Source: Promethearchaeota archaeon Loki_b31 (lineage in GTDB: Archaea > Asgardarchaeota > Lokiarchaeia > Sigyniarchaeales > SOKP01). Taken from it: 34,132 nucleotides of DNA. Location: the NCBI GenBank assembly GCA_005222975.1, contig NJBI01000038.1, positions 1 through 34,132 on the forward strand. Reading direction: 5' to 3'. Below are positions 1-9,774 of this stretch, in pieces (position 1 is the first letter of the stretch; each line of letters starts with the position of its first letter). Below the pieces are notes generated by a model that was not told the DNA's origin, ran no database searches, and saw nothing but the letters and a program-made list of their open reading frames with translations. The position numbers were made by a program, and so were the translations under genes.

Positions 1-230
1 AACCTTTCGCTGGCACTATCTATAGATCTTCCGGTCATTTCGGAATAAAAAAAGACTCTAAGAAAATCCTCAGCGTCATATCTTGCGTTTTTACCTTTTC
101 TACACCCCCACATTTGAGATTCGATTGCGTCACAAAAGTTTTTAAAAAATGCTAACATATATTCATTAGAGAAAAGTGGTTTTAACTCAGCTTCCAAATC
201 TGAAAGTGGAGATAAATATTTTATGCGCAT
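1..230 (-). mobile_element. N-terminal part of an ISH3-like (IS4 superfamily) transposase, running off the window start
   Basis: Not in the ORF track. The frame is open from ATG at 230: MRIKYLSPLSDLEAELKPLFSNEYMLAFFKNFCDAIESQMWGCRKGKNARYDAEDFLRVFFYSEMTGRSIDSASER. The 'NARYDAEDFLRV...SIDSASE' block resembles ISH3-type transposase N-termini. A CAGTA... candidate left terminus starts at 388 on the minus strand. Confidence 0.55.
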
Positions 231-494
231 ACATAAATATAACCACTTTTCTCTTATAAATTTTTAGATAGATTCCCACTGGAAACAAGTGGAAAAAATT
301 AATAGTTAAATAATAAAAATTAGAAGTAATTATTTATAGAAAAAGATTCAGTTAAAGAGGATTTAGAGTTCTACTTCCTTTGATACTGATATTATAAAAA
401 GAATTTTTGCCTAATTTTTAAACATAGCAAAGTTTAATTTAATTATAATTTCAGATACTTCTTATTTTTATTAAATCGTAAGCAGGATTCTTCA

Positions 495-1646
495 ATGAAT
501 GGAATTTGGGATATAAAAGCCGACGCAGTAGAAAAGGGAGATAACCACAGAGATGTTTCACCCCTAACAGATAAAACTTGGAAAGATGATAATGGTTTTA
601 CTCATTACATTTTTAGTAAGACTGCTTTTAATAATCCTTGGTATTCGATTCAAGAAAATGATTTTGAACTTTTTGAAAATTTTATTGAAGGAGGGTCAAG
701 AGCTTATCCTTCCGATGGAAGTATCCCCTGTGATATTATAGCTGAAGAAGCTCGTAAAATTCTTAAGAAACTAGAAGAATGTTCAAATGATCCTAATCAC
801 CATTATTGTGAATTAGCCCGCGACTCGTTAAAACATGGAAAATTTTCTTTAGTTAGAGGTACATTGAAACTCTATTTAGGTAAGTATACTACGAGAGATT
901 GGAGAAGGAAAAGATTCACAGACGACATTGATTTTTGGATGTTTCAGATAATTTTATTGGATTCAACATTGAGAGATTGTAGCTTCATAAAAAATAAAAA
1001 TACAGGAGAATGGGAAAAAACAATTGAATGGAAAAATCCAATCACTAAAGAATTTAGGCGCGAAACATTATTTGCTGCAAATAACCTTAATCAATTACTT
1101 GATTTTGGGGCGGGGAGCTATCTTGAAGGGTCAAGCCTTAAGGAAATATTTGATAAAAAAATTAAAAGAGGTCATGATGTAGATTTGAGCGATATTATAA
1201 ATGTAGCAATGGTGAATAACGGAACCGACGGCTCTCATAAAGAAGAATGGTTAGAAGCATTGTCATCTTTTGAACAAGCAGCAAATACACGAAATATAAG
1301 AACTACATCTAATTTAATAAGTTTGTACCGCTATTCCTTTGCTATAGCGGATTATCTTAAAAGAGTTAGTGAAGCCATAAAGAGATACAATGATCTTATT
1401 TTTGATAAATCTAAATATCCTGATAAAACGTTAAAAAAGTTATGCAGATTTTCCAAACATTGGGTAAATTTTCTTAATATTAATGGACCAGAAGAAACAA
1501 GGAAGATACTTCACGAGTTTTACCTCGAGCAAGCAGAAGAAAAGCTAACACACGCAGAAAACCTAAAACTTTTTTCTAATAAGATACTAAAATTACTTAA
1601 TTCCAAATATGAATACCTTAAGGTAACATTTGATATTGAAACCTAA
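495..1646 (+). CDS. putative nucleotidyltransferase, AbiEii/MenT (DUF1814)-like, Pol-beta superfamily
   Basis: SLVRGTLKLYL...RRKRFTDDIDFW matches the hGG(T/S)...RxT/SxDxDF signature. EIFDKKIKRGHDVDLSDI resembles the C-terminal 'EK...R...DhxD' motif. Confidence 0.55.
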   Translation: MNGIWDIKADAVEKGDNHRDVSPLTDKTWKDDNGFTHYIFSKTAFNNPWYSIQENDFELFENFIEGGSRAYPSDGSIPCDIIAEEARKILKKLEECSNDPNHHYCELARDSLKHGKFSLVRGTLKLYLGKYTTRDWRRKRFTDDIDFWMFQIILLDSTLRDCSFIKNKNTGEWEKTIEWKNPITKEFRRETLFAANNLNQLLDFGAGSYLEGSSLKEIFDKKIKRGHDVDLSDIINVAMVNNGTDGSHKEEWLEALSSFEQAANTRNIRTTSNLISLYRYSFAIADYLKRVSEAIKRYNDLIFDKSKYPDKTLKKLCRFSKHWVNFLNINGPEETRKILHEFYLEQAEEKLTHAENLKLFSNKILKLLNSKYEYLKVTFDIET

Positions 1647-1671
1647 TTTAAAATTAAAGTAAAAATTAAAG

Positions 1672-1699
1672 ATCGTGAAACTGAACTTTCACGGTTTTT
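1672..1699 (+). terminator. hairpin followed by a T-run between convergent genes
   Basis: ATCGTGAAA-CTGAAC-TTTCACGGT (9-bp stem with one G:U) followed by TTTT, about 25 nt after the stop at 1646. Confidence 0.45.
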
Positions 1700-1817
1700 C
1701 ATATATCCCTCTATATTATCTCAGTATTGTTCTTAGTCGTTCAAAAAGCTATTCGTTTAAAAAGTGTTTTATGATGAGATAAATATAATAAATATCTTCT
1801 CTTAATTGAACTAAGAT

Positions 1818-3068
1818 CTATGCTTCAAGAATGTCTCCAAGTACAATTTCCTTTTCTTTTGAAAATCGAGCTTTTGTAATTCCATGAAGTAGCCAGAATC
1901 CTATCGCTGCAAAGAGTGATAAAATACCTGCGATATACCAAACCCAATTTGGTCCTATATTCTCCCAGATAAGTCCAGCAACTAAAATCGCAAATAAATT
2001 AGGGATCGCCCAGTGGAAGCCAAACACTGCCATATACCGTCCTCGTTTATCTTCAGGAGCAAGAAATGCAGCTGCAGTTAGCCCAATAGGCATCTCAATC
2101 ATTTCCCCTATAGTAATAATTGCCATAGCGATAAAAAATAGGTACGACTCTGAAACAAAACCGTACATACTAAATCCAACCATATAAAACAGAGTTCCTA
2201 CAGCCATCACCTTCATAGGAGAAAATTTTGACATCTTCCTAGTTATCCAAAATTGAAATACTACCACCATCACCGCGTTCATACTTAACAAAAAACCAAA
2301 ATTCAGCGTAGGAAATCCATGGACATCACGCAAATATACCGACAAGGTGGCGTTCATTTGCATATATACAATCACCGTTATAGCAGACACAGAGAGAAAC
2401 AACATGTATCTCCAATCTTTTAAAACTTCTTTGTATCCTATCACGGTTTTCACAACTGTTTCTTCTGCTTCGCCTTCTTTTTTTTCAGGTTTCGTTTCTG
2501 GAATGACAAAAAATACGATAATTCCTGTAATTAAGCTACTTACAGCATCTGCAATAAATAAAAACAGATAAGATTGAGTCGCTATAAATCCACCAAAGAT
2601 AGGACCGACCACTGCTGAAAGATTAACAGCCACCCGTAGAATCCCAAATCCCTCTGCTTGTTTCTCTTTGGGAAGCAAATCTGCTACCATTGCTTGTCTC
2701 GCAGGACCTCCAAAATTCCCCATTAAACCCATAAACGCAGCGAGGATGTAAAAAATATTCAAATCATCGACTAATCCCATGAAGATGCTGCTTACACCGC
2801 TAGAAATCAACCCAATAAGTAGCATAGCACGACGCCCATATTTATCGGCTAACGCACCTCCGATTATACCACCGATTATATTTCCTGCCGAAAATATCGC
2901 AAATAGAAATCCTACCTCGGTCATTCCTACATTAAAACGTGCGGTTACATACAATGCAAAAAAAGGAAATAATAAAAAACTTCCAAACCTATCAATGAAA
3001 GTGGCGAGGACTAACACTTTAAAGGCATTAGGATATTCTTTATAACTATTTTTAATTTTTGTAAGCAT
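1818..3068 (-). CDS. MFS transporter (multidrug/DHA1-like)
   Basis: About 12 hydrophobic segments; motif A GALADKYGRR; second-half APEDKRGRY. Confidence 0.92.
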   Translation of the reverse strand: MLTKIKNSYKEYPNAFKVLVLATFIDRFGSFLLFPFFALYVTARFNVGMTEVGFLFAIFSAGNIIGGIIGGALADKYGRRAMLLIGLISSGVSSIFMGLVDDLNIFYILAAFMGLMGNFGGPARQAMVADLLPKEKQAEGFGILRVAVNLSAVVGPIFGGFIATQSYLFLFIADAVSSLITGIIVFFVIPETKPEKKEGEAEETVVKTVIGYKEVLKDWRYMLFLSVSAITVIVYMQMNATLSVYLRDVHGFPTLNFGFLLSMNAVMVVVFQFWITRKMSKFSPMKVMAVGTLFYMVGFSMYGFVSESYLFFIAMAIITIGEMIEMPIGLTAAAFLAPEDKRGRYMAVFGFHWAIPNLFAILVAGLIWENIGPNWVWYIAGILSLFAAIGFWLLHGITKARFSKEKEIVLGDILEA

Positions 3069-3220
3069 AATTAGACCACTAATTTACGAATTCAATAATA
3101 TATCCAATATCTAATGATCAATTTAAATAATGGTAAACTAATAAAGTTAGATTTATCTATTGTTTTTATTAGACCTATCATTACTTTATAGTAGTATAAA
3201 TCATCTAAGGAGAATCGAAA

Positions 3221-4459
3221 ATGTATGATTATTTAATAAGCGAAGAAAATAAAAAATTAAGAGAAGAAGTTCGAGAGTTCGTTAAAAATGCTGTACCACC
3301 TTCATTATTAAAACAAATGGATAAAGATGAGATTCAATATCCAAGTGAGTGGATGGAGGCATTAGCTAAACAAAATTTGATTGGAATAAGGTTTCCAAAG
3401 AAATATGGGGGTCGTGGATTAAATTGGGAAAGTGAAATTATTGCTCAAGAAGAAGTTGGTGTACTAGGAAGTTCCCTAACTTGTTTATTTTCATTACCGA
3501 GTATATGTGGGGAAGCGCTTAATAAATTTGGCACAGAAGACCAAAAGTTAAATTATTTAAAGCCTATGTGTGAGGGTAAGAAATTTACTGCTGAAGCGTT
3601 AACTGAACCAAGAGGAGGTTCGGACTTTTTTGGAGCTACTTCTACTGCTGTAAAAGAAGGAGATCACTACATATTAAATGGAGAAAAACGATTCGTTGTT
3701 GGCGCTGAAGGTGCTGATTTCTTTTTGGTTTACGCTAAAACGGATCCTAAAGCCCCTCCTCGCGATTCTTTAAGTTTATTTATTGTTGATAAAAGCGATG
3801 CAGTTGACGCGGCATATATATACGGTTTGTTAGGTACTAGAGGCGGTGGAGCAGGTAGGATAGTTTTTAAAGATGTAGAAGTCCCTAAGGAGAACTTAAT
3901 TCTGGGAGAAGGAGATGGGGGTAAAATATTTTACCACATGATGGTTCCAGAACGATTGACTACAGCTTCTGGGTTTCTCGGATTAGCACGCGCTTGTTTT
4001 CAAATAGCAACCAAATATAGCACCAAAAGAAAAGCATTTGGACAGATTATAAAGAATTTTCAAGCCGTTAACTTCATGATAGCGGATTGCATTACTTATT
4101 TAGATGCAACAAGAGCAATTGTGTTTACTACTGCGAAATCTATAGATGCAGGAGCGCCACCCGCTCTTCAAAGAAGATTAGTGTCTGAATCCAAAAAATT
4201 TTCAACTAAAGCATGCTGGAAAGTTATTAACAAATCAATGCAGATAATGGGTGGTATCGGGTATACTACCGTCTATCCTATAGAACGCCTTTTGAGAGAC
4301 GCTCGTATAGGAGAGATTTGGACCGGAACAACAGAAATTATGAATTTAATTATCCAACACGAATATTATAAAGAAACCTTAAGTGAAAAATGGCTTGGTC
4401 GTGATGTAGAGCAAGACGCAATTGACGCTGATGCTGAAATTGAAAAACACTATGGTTAA
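3221..4459 (+). CDS. acyl-CoA dehydrogenase
   Basis: ALTEPRGGSD, YILNGEKRFV, RKAFGQII..FQAV, QIMGGIGY, ERLLRDARI..I..GT.EI. Confidence 0.95.
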   Translation: MYDYLISEENKKLREEVREFVKNAVPPSLLKQMDKDEIQYPSEWMEALAKQNLIGIRFPKKYGGRGLNWESEIIAQEEVGVLGSSLTCLFSLPSICGEALNKFGTEDQKLNYLKPMCEGKKFTAEALTEPRGGSDFFGATSTAVKEGDHYILNGEKRFVVGAEGADFFLVYAKTDPKAPPRDSLSLFIVDKSDAVDAAYIYGLLGTRGGGAGRIVFKDVEVPKENLILGEGDGGKIFYHMMVPERLTTASGFLGLARACFQIATKYSTKRKAFGQIIKNFQAVNFMIADCITYLDATRAIVFTTAKSIDAGAPPALQRRLVSESKKFSTKACWKVINKSMQIMGGIGYTTVYPIERLLRDARIGEIWTGTTEIMNLIIQHEYYKETLSEKWLGRDVEQDAIDADAEIEKHYG

Positions 4460-4515
4460 TTTATATTTCTTTTTTTAAATTTAAATCCAAAACAATTAAA
4501 AAAAAAACAGTGGAA

Positions 4516-5664
4516 TTATTTTTGTTTCGATAGATATCTAATTTTCACTAATAGGTCTCGTAATTCCATTTTGTCACTATCCGAGGTAATGTATTTCTTT
4601 TTTACCCCTTCTGAAAGTGGTATAGTTTCAATTTTATTTCCTTGAAGCGAAACCATATTCCCAAATTTAGATTTCAAAACAAGATTCATAGCTGCTAATC
4701 CAAATCTCAATCCTAAGATTCTATCGAACGAATTAGGTGTTCCTGCTCGCATTGTGTGGCCCAGGACTACGCTTCTACACTCAAAATCCACACCATTATT
4801 CTGAAATTCCTTTTTCAAATCTTCTCTTAAGTTGAGTTCGTCAACAATTATTTTAGATATATTTAATTTTACAAGCAAAGGGTTTCCATATGTATCCTTA
4901 GGTAATTTATCTATCGTTTCTTTTGATATTGTTTTAAAATCCTTTTTCAACGACTCTGAATTTGGATAAGCTCCTTCCGAGGTGGCAATGATGTGATATT
5001 TGTACCCTGAATTGACTCTTTTTTTAAGCACGTCAATAATGTCCTTTTCTAAACTAAATGGTGTTTCAGGAACTAATATTATATCGGCACCAGCAGAAAT
5101 TCCACTATACATTGTAAGAAATCCTGCGTCTCTTCCCATAACTTCTACTACAAATACCCTTTGATGAGACCTTGCGGTAGTCGTTAAGTTATCCATCGCA
5201 TTGGAAGCTAGTTGCACAGCGCTCCAAAACCCGAACGTGTAATGCGTTCCAGCTAAATCGTTATCTATCGTTTTTGGACAACCAATTACATTCGCTTTTG
5301 AATATTTGCACATAGCATCCGCAACGCTTAAGGTATCATCGCCGCCAATAGCTATTAGCGCATCTATACCTAACTCATCAAATTTAGCTACCAGATCTTT
5401 TGCTACTTTTTCTTTGGATTCTGCTCCCTTAAAGGGATTAGTTCTACTCGTATATAATATAGTCCCGCCAATAGTATGTAAGTCATCGTGTTCTGCAATT
5501 TTAAGAGGTATTGTTAGATTCTCCATGAGACCCTTCCAACCTTTAAGGATTCCAACACATTCTATGCCCGCATCATAAGCCTTCAACATTATTCCATATA
5601 TAACGGAGTTTAAACCCGGGCAATCTCCACCTCCCGTAAGGATTCCAACTTTTTTAATTACCAT
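4516..5664 (-). CDS. pfp: 6-phosphofructokinase, PfkA family, probably PPi-dependent
   Basis: TGGGDCPGLN, GGTILYTSR, GGDDT, PKTIDND, VEVMGR, VLGHTMRAG. Asp in GGDD and Lys in PKTIDND are the PPi-type residues. Confidence 0.88.
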   Translation of the reverse strand: MVIKKVGILTGGGDCPGLNSVIYGIMLKAYDAGIECVGILKGWKGLMENLTIPLKIAEHDDLHTIGGTILYTSRTNPFKGAESKEKVAKDLVAKFDELGIDALIAIGGDDTLSVADAMCKYSKANVIGCPKTIDNDLAGTHYTFGFWSAVQLASNAMDNLTTTARSHQRVFVVEVMGRDAGFLTMYSGISAGADIILVPETPFSLEKDIIDVLKKRVNSGYKYHIIATSEGAYPNSESLKKDFKTISKETIDKLPKDTYGNPLLVKLNISKIIVDELNLREDLKKEFQNNGVDFECRSVVLGHTMRAGTPNSFDRILGLRFGLAAMNLVLKSKFGNMVSLQGNKIETIPLSEGVKKKYITSDSDKMELRDLLVKIRYLSKQK

Positions 5665-5741
5665 TTGATTTCACATTTTTAATAATTTAATTTTTTTCAT
5701 TAATACTTATTAAAAAATAATGATGATTTCCTTTATTATTT

Positions 5742-6311
5742 TTAATTTAATTCTTTTGGCTCAAATTTTTCGAATGAATATTTTGATTTATCGTTAGGAA
5801 TAATATAACTTCCCCCTCCAGTATCAGTTATAATTAAAGTGAACTTAAATTCTCCCTTTAATGCCTTTCCCAAGTCCTGCAAAATTTTATCAATTTCTTC
5901 TATTTGAGCATCATCTTCTTCGAGATTTTTACGATAAATTGAAACTGCGTTTTCAAATCGAAACAAAATACCCTCTACATTTGTATAATAAAAATCAGCT
6001 CTAGGACCCGGGTTAACAACTAATTCTAATTCGGGAATTTCTAAAGAACCTACTGGGGAACGATATATTTTAGATTTTAAGTCGTCTTCATTTGTAACCT
6101 TTAACTTCATAATACCTGGAGTAAAATTAGTAGTTAAAGGGATTATATCATTATTGGAATAATAACATATGTTACATTCAAATTTAATAATTAATATTTT
6201 ATCTCCGTCTGGTACATCATATGTCACCTTACTGATTTCAATTTTTCCTTCGCTACAAATTGGACATTTAAAGGAATAATTAATTTCGGTTTTTTCAGCT
6301 CTCTTTGACAT
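5742..6311 (-). CDS. zpr1: ZPR1 zinc-finger domain protein (single archaeal ZPR1 module)
   Basis: CPIC...CNIC, 'DL...IYRS....EIPELEL.V.PG....TNVEGIL', 'FTLII.D..G.SYI'. Confidence 0.9.
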   Translation of the reverse strand: MSKRAEKTEINYSFKCPICSEGKIEISKVTYDVPDGDKILIIKFECNICYYSNNDIIPLTTNFTPGIMKLKVTNEDDLKSKIYRSPVGSLEIPELELVVNPGPRADFYYTNVEGILFRFENAVSIYRKNLEEDDAQIEEIDKILQDLGKALKGEFKFTLIITDTGGGSYIIPNDKSKYSFEKFEPKELN

Positions 6312-6574
6312 AATTTCACATATATATATAGATAAATTATTGTAAGTGATGTAAAAATTCTAAAACTTCTTTGATTCAATTAAGCGAGAATTTCTTTGCG
6401 TAATTTATTCTTTATAGTGGTCTATTGCTTATTAAACGGCTTACTTATAAATTTTTTCCAGAAATTTTTAATGTATTGGAAATAATTAATAGTACAACAA
6501 TAATTTTATGTGAAAATCACTAGAATAACCGTAATAGTACAAATTTAATGTTTATAATTTTCTATAACGAATAA

Positions 6575-7162
6575 GTGAAAAAAAATTTGACAGATAATGA
6601 AATTGTAGAAATAACCTACCATGGTCGGGGTGGTCAGACTGCTATTACTGCCAGTCAGTTATTAGCACAATTAGCTTTTGAAAAAGGATTTAAGGATGCT
6701 ATTGCGATCCCAATTATAGGTGCTGAAAGAAGAGGTGCTCCAATTCAAGCATTCACTAAAATTTCAAAGAATAAACCTATAAAAACTTACGACAGTGTAG
6801 TCAATCCTGATTACATCATGGTTTTTGATACTTCTTTGTTAGAGATTCCAAGAGTGAAAGAAACGATTAAAGAAGGAGTTACACTTTTAATTAATAGCGC
6901 TAAACCGATCGATTTAAGTTTATTTCCAAAAAACCTAAAGATCTATTTAGTAGATGCAACTGGGATTTGCATTAATAGAGGATTCATGCATTCTAGTGGA
7001 CCAATTCTAAATATTCCTATGTTAGGGGCTTTTGGTAAAATTACGGGGTATTACGATCTTAAGATTATGGAAAAAGTTCTAAAAAAAGAATTTGGAGAAA
7101 ATAGGTTAGAAAAAAACATGTCTGTGGCAAACGACGGTTATGAGTCTGTAAGGGAGGCATAA
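6575..7162 (+). CDS. porG: 2-oxoacid:ferredoxin oxidoreductase gamma subunit
   Basis: HGRGGQ, GAERRGAP, NIPMLGA; GTG start. Pyruvate versus ketoisovalerate specificity is not resolvable. Confidence 0.9.
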   Translation: MKKNLTDNEIVEITYHGRGGQTAITASQLLAQLAFEKGFKDAIAIPIIGAERRGAPIQAFTKISKNKPIKTYDSVVNPDYIMVFDTSLLEIPRVKETIKEGVTLLINSAKPIDLSLFPKNLKIYLVDATGICINRGFMHSSGPILNIPMLGAFGKITGYYDLKIMEKVLKKEFGENRLEKNMSVANDGYESVREA

Positions 7163-7164
7163 AT

Positions 7165-7515
7165 ATGTCTGAATCTGAAAAATGGAAAAAGATTAATAAA
7201 TCTAAAGAAGAACGTCCTAAAGTTCAAGAATATAAAAATTGGAAAGAACTATCTCCAATTCCTATTTCCCTACCAATTGAAGGAAATATGGGAACGACTG
7301 GAGATTGGAGAACGTTTAGACCCGTAATAGATCAAGAAAATTGTAATAAATGCGGATTTTGTTGGATGTACTGTCCCGAAGGTGTTATTGAAAAGAAGGA
7401 AGATGGGCATTTTGAAATTGATTTATTATATTGTAAAGGTTGTGGAATCTGCGCAAAAGAATGTCCTACTAAAAATATTGAAATGGTTAGAGAGAGTGAT
7501 ATAAAAGATGGTTGA
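7165..7515 (+). CDS. porD: 2-oxoacid:ferredoxin oxidoreductase delta subunit (2x[4Fe-4S])
   Basis: TGDWRTFRP, CNKCGFCWMYCP, YCKGCGICAKECP. Confidence 0.93.
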   Translation: MSESEKWKKINKSKEERPKVQEYKNWKELSPIPISLPIEGNMGTTGDWRTFRPVIDQENCNKCGFCWMYCPEGVIEKKEDGHFEIDLLYCKGCGICAKECPTKNIEMVRESDIKDG

Positions 7516-8764
7516 AGCCACAAATGATTTTGTTCAAGAAAAAGAAACTATAGTAATAAAAGGAAATATCTCTGCTGCTTATGCTGCTAAGTCTGCTAGG
7601 GTTCAAGTAATAAGTGCTTACCCAATTACGCCTCAAACAACAGTAGTAGAAAAGCTTTCTGAATTTGTTGATAATGGATTAATGCCAGGAACTCAGTATA
7701 TAAAAGTGGAGTCTGAACATTCTGTAATGGCCTCAGTAATTACAGCAAGTATGGCTGGAACTCGAACTTTTACAGCAACGGCAGGACAAGGTCTTTTTTA
7801 CATGTTTGAGATGCTTCATTGGGCTAGTGGGTCCAGATTACCAATTGTCACCACCATCGCATCAAGGGGGGCAGCTCCACCATGGAATATATGGGCAGAT
7901 TTTACAGATGTTATTAGTTGCCGGGACACTGGATGGATGACTGCGTTTTGTGCGACTCACCAAGAAATTTACGACGAAGTATTAATGTCCTATAAGATAT
8001 GCGAAGATTACGATGTTTTATTGCCTAAGTTCGTTGCTTATGGAGGATTTATATTATCTCACACATCTAAACCTGTAATAATTGAAGATCAAGATCTAGT
8101 TGATTCATTTTTACCACCTTTGCCAGATGAAAAGGGATGGCCTCATATGTGGATTGATCCGGAAAGGCCTCTAATGTTTGGAAATCTCATTATGCCATCG
8201 GGATTCTATTACGAATTCAGAATGAAAATCCACGATGCCATGGTTAGAGCTAAAGAGAAAATCAAGAGTGTAGCAAAAGATTTTGAAAAAATCTTTGGTA
8301 GAAATTACGGAAATGGTTTAATTCAAGAATATAAAATGGATGGGGCAGATATAGGAATGGTAATTTATGGGGACTTAGCTCTACAAATGGAACAAGCAGT
8401 TGATGATTTGAGAGAAGAAGGATATAAAGTTGGTATGGTTAAATTAAGGCATTTTAGACCTTTTCCAGTTGAAGATATTATTGAAATTGCAAAAAAAGTG
8501 CCACTTCTTGGAGTAGTTGACAGAGCAACGGCGTTTGGAAGCCCAACGGGAGGACCCGTGAGTTGTGAGGTAAAGACAGCTTTATACGATGTTAAGGGTA
8601 CCGCTAAAATATTGCCAATGATAAACGGTTTAGGCGGAAGAGAAGTTACTTTGGAACAACAAAAAAATCAATTAAAAATGTTAATAAAACTAAACGAAAC
8701 CGGAGAGCTCCCAAAAGATATGCTTTATGGCACTTTTTGGGACGGATTATTAGAGGTGAAATAG
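7508..8764 (+). CDS. porA: 2-oxoacid:ferredoxin oxidoreductase alpha subunit
   Basis: AYPITPQT, VESEHS, FTATAGQGL, RPFP, GLGGRE. Confidence 0.93.
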   Translation: MVEATNDFVQEKETIVIKGNISAAYAAKSARVQVISAYPITPQTTVVEKLSEFVDNGLMPGTQYIKVESEHSVMASVITASMAGTRTFTATAGQGLFYMFEMLHWASGSRLPIVTTIASRGAAPPWNIWADFTDVISCRDTGWMTAFCATHQEIYDEVLMSYKICEDYDVLLPKFVAYGGFILSHTSKPVIIEDQDLVDSFLPPLPDEKGWPHMWIDPERPLMFGNLIMPSGFYYEFRMKIHDAMVRAKEKIKSVAKDFEKIFGRNYGNGLIQEYKMDGADIGMVIYGDLALQMEQAVDDLREEGYKVGMVKLRHFRPFPVEDIIEIAKKVPLLGVVDRATAFGSPTGGPVSCEVKTALYDVKGTAKILPMINGLGGREVTLEQQKNQLKMLIKLNETGELPKDMLYGTFWDGLLEVK

Positions 8765-8767
8765 GTA

Positions 8768-9709
8768 ATGGTAAAAATAAAAGAAGCATTAGAATCTTGT
8801 CAAGAAGAATTTTTTCTTCCAGGTAATTCTTGTTGTGCTGGTTGCGGTCTCGAAATTGCTCTACGATGGGCAATGAAAGCATTAGGACATAATACAGCGT
8901 TAGTAACGCCAGCTAGTTGTTTAAATGTAGTAGTAGGATTATGGCCTAAAGCTGCACCAAATTTTCCCTTTACAAACATGGCATTTGCAGCGGCAGCAGC
9001 GGCAGCAACTGGGATGTCTGCTGCCTTCAAAGCAAAGGATTATAGATTTCCAGGTAAAGTATGGGGGGAAATGACAACTCTAGTTTTTGCTGGAGATGGA
9101 GGTACGACAGACATTGGTATTCAAGGTCTAAGTGGAGCTGCTGAAAGGAATTCTGATTTTATTTATTGCTGTTACGATAACGAGGCCTACATGAATACAG
9201 GTATTCAGAGGTCATCAAGCACGCCTCATGGAGCTGTTACGACGACGACAACGCTTGGGAAAGAAAGGTACAAGAAAAATCTTCCAGCTATAATGGCAGC
9301 TCACGAGATTCCATATGTTGCCACATGTAGTGTTAGTGAACCGCTTGATCTTTACGATAAATTTAAGAAAGCAAAATCAATTAAGGGATGTAGATACATT
9401 CACATTCTAGCACCATGTCCACCAGGATGGGGATATCAATCCGAAAGTACAATTGAACTAGCGCGCTTGGCCGTTAAAACGGGTTCTTGGATATTATATG
9501 AGATTGAAAATGGTATAATGAAACTTTCAAAAAAGAGCCAACCACTATTAGACCCATCTAAGAGGACACCTTTGATCGAATATCTTTCGAATCAAAAAAG
9601 ATTCTCAAAACTTTCGGAAAAGGGTTTAATTGAACTACAAGAACGCCTTGATCGCAATTGGGAACGAATTACTGCTGAGTTAAGTTGTCAGGAAGGCTAC
9701 CAAAAATAG
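8768..9709 (+). CDS. porB: 2-oxoacid:ferredoxin oxidoreductase beta subunit (TPP-binding)
   Basis: CAGCG, AGDGGTTDIG, DNEAYMNTGIQRS, PCPPGW. Confidence 0.93.
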   Translation: MVKIKEALESCQEEFFLPGNSCCAGCGLEIALRWAMKALGHNTALVTPASCLNVVVGLWPKAAPNFPFTNMAFAAAAAAATGMSAAFKAKDYRFPGKVWGEMTTLVFAGDGGTTDIGIQGLSGAAERNSDFIYCCYDNEAYMNTGIQRSSSTPHGAVTTTTTLGKERYKKNLPAIMAAHEIPYVATCSVSEPLDLYDKFKKAKSIKGCRYIHILAPCPPGWGYQSESTIELARLAVKTGSWILYEIENGIMKLSKKSQPLLDPSKRTPLIEYLSNQKRFSKLSEKGLIELQERLDRNWERITAELSCQEGYQK

Positions 9710-9774
9710 TCTTGAAATTATTACTCTCTTCATTTTCTATTATTAATTTAAATTTACATTTTTAACCAAATATT

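Noticed and set aside
273-296. Short inverted repeat CCACT...AGTGG upstream of the transposase
   Set aside because: Only a 5-bp perfect stem; too weak to call.
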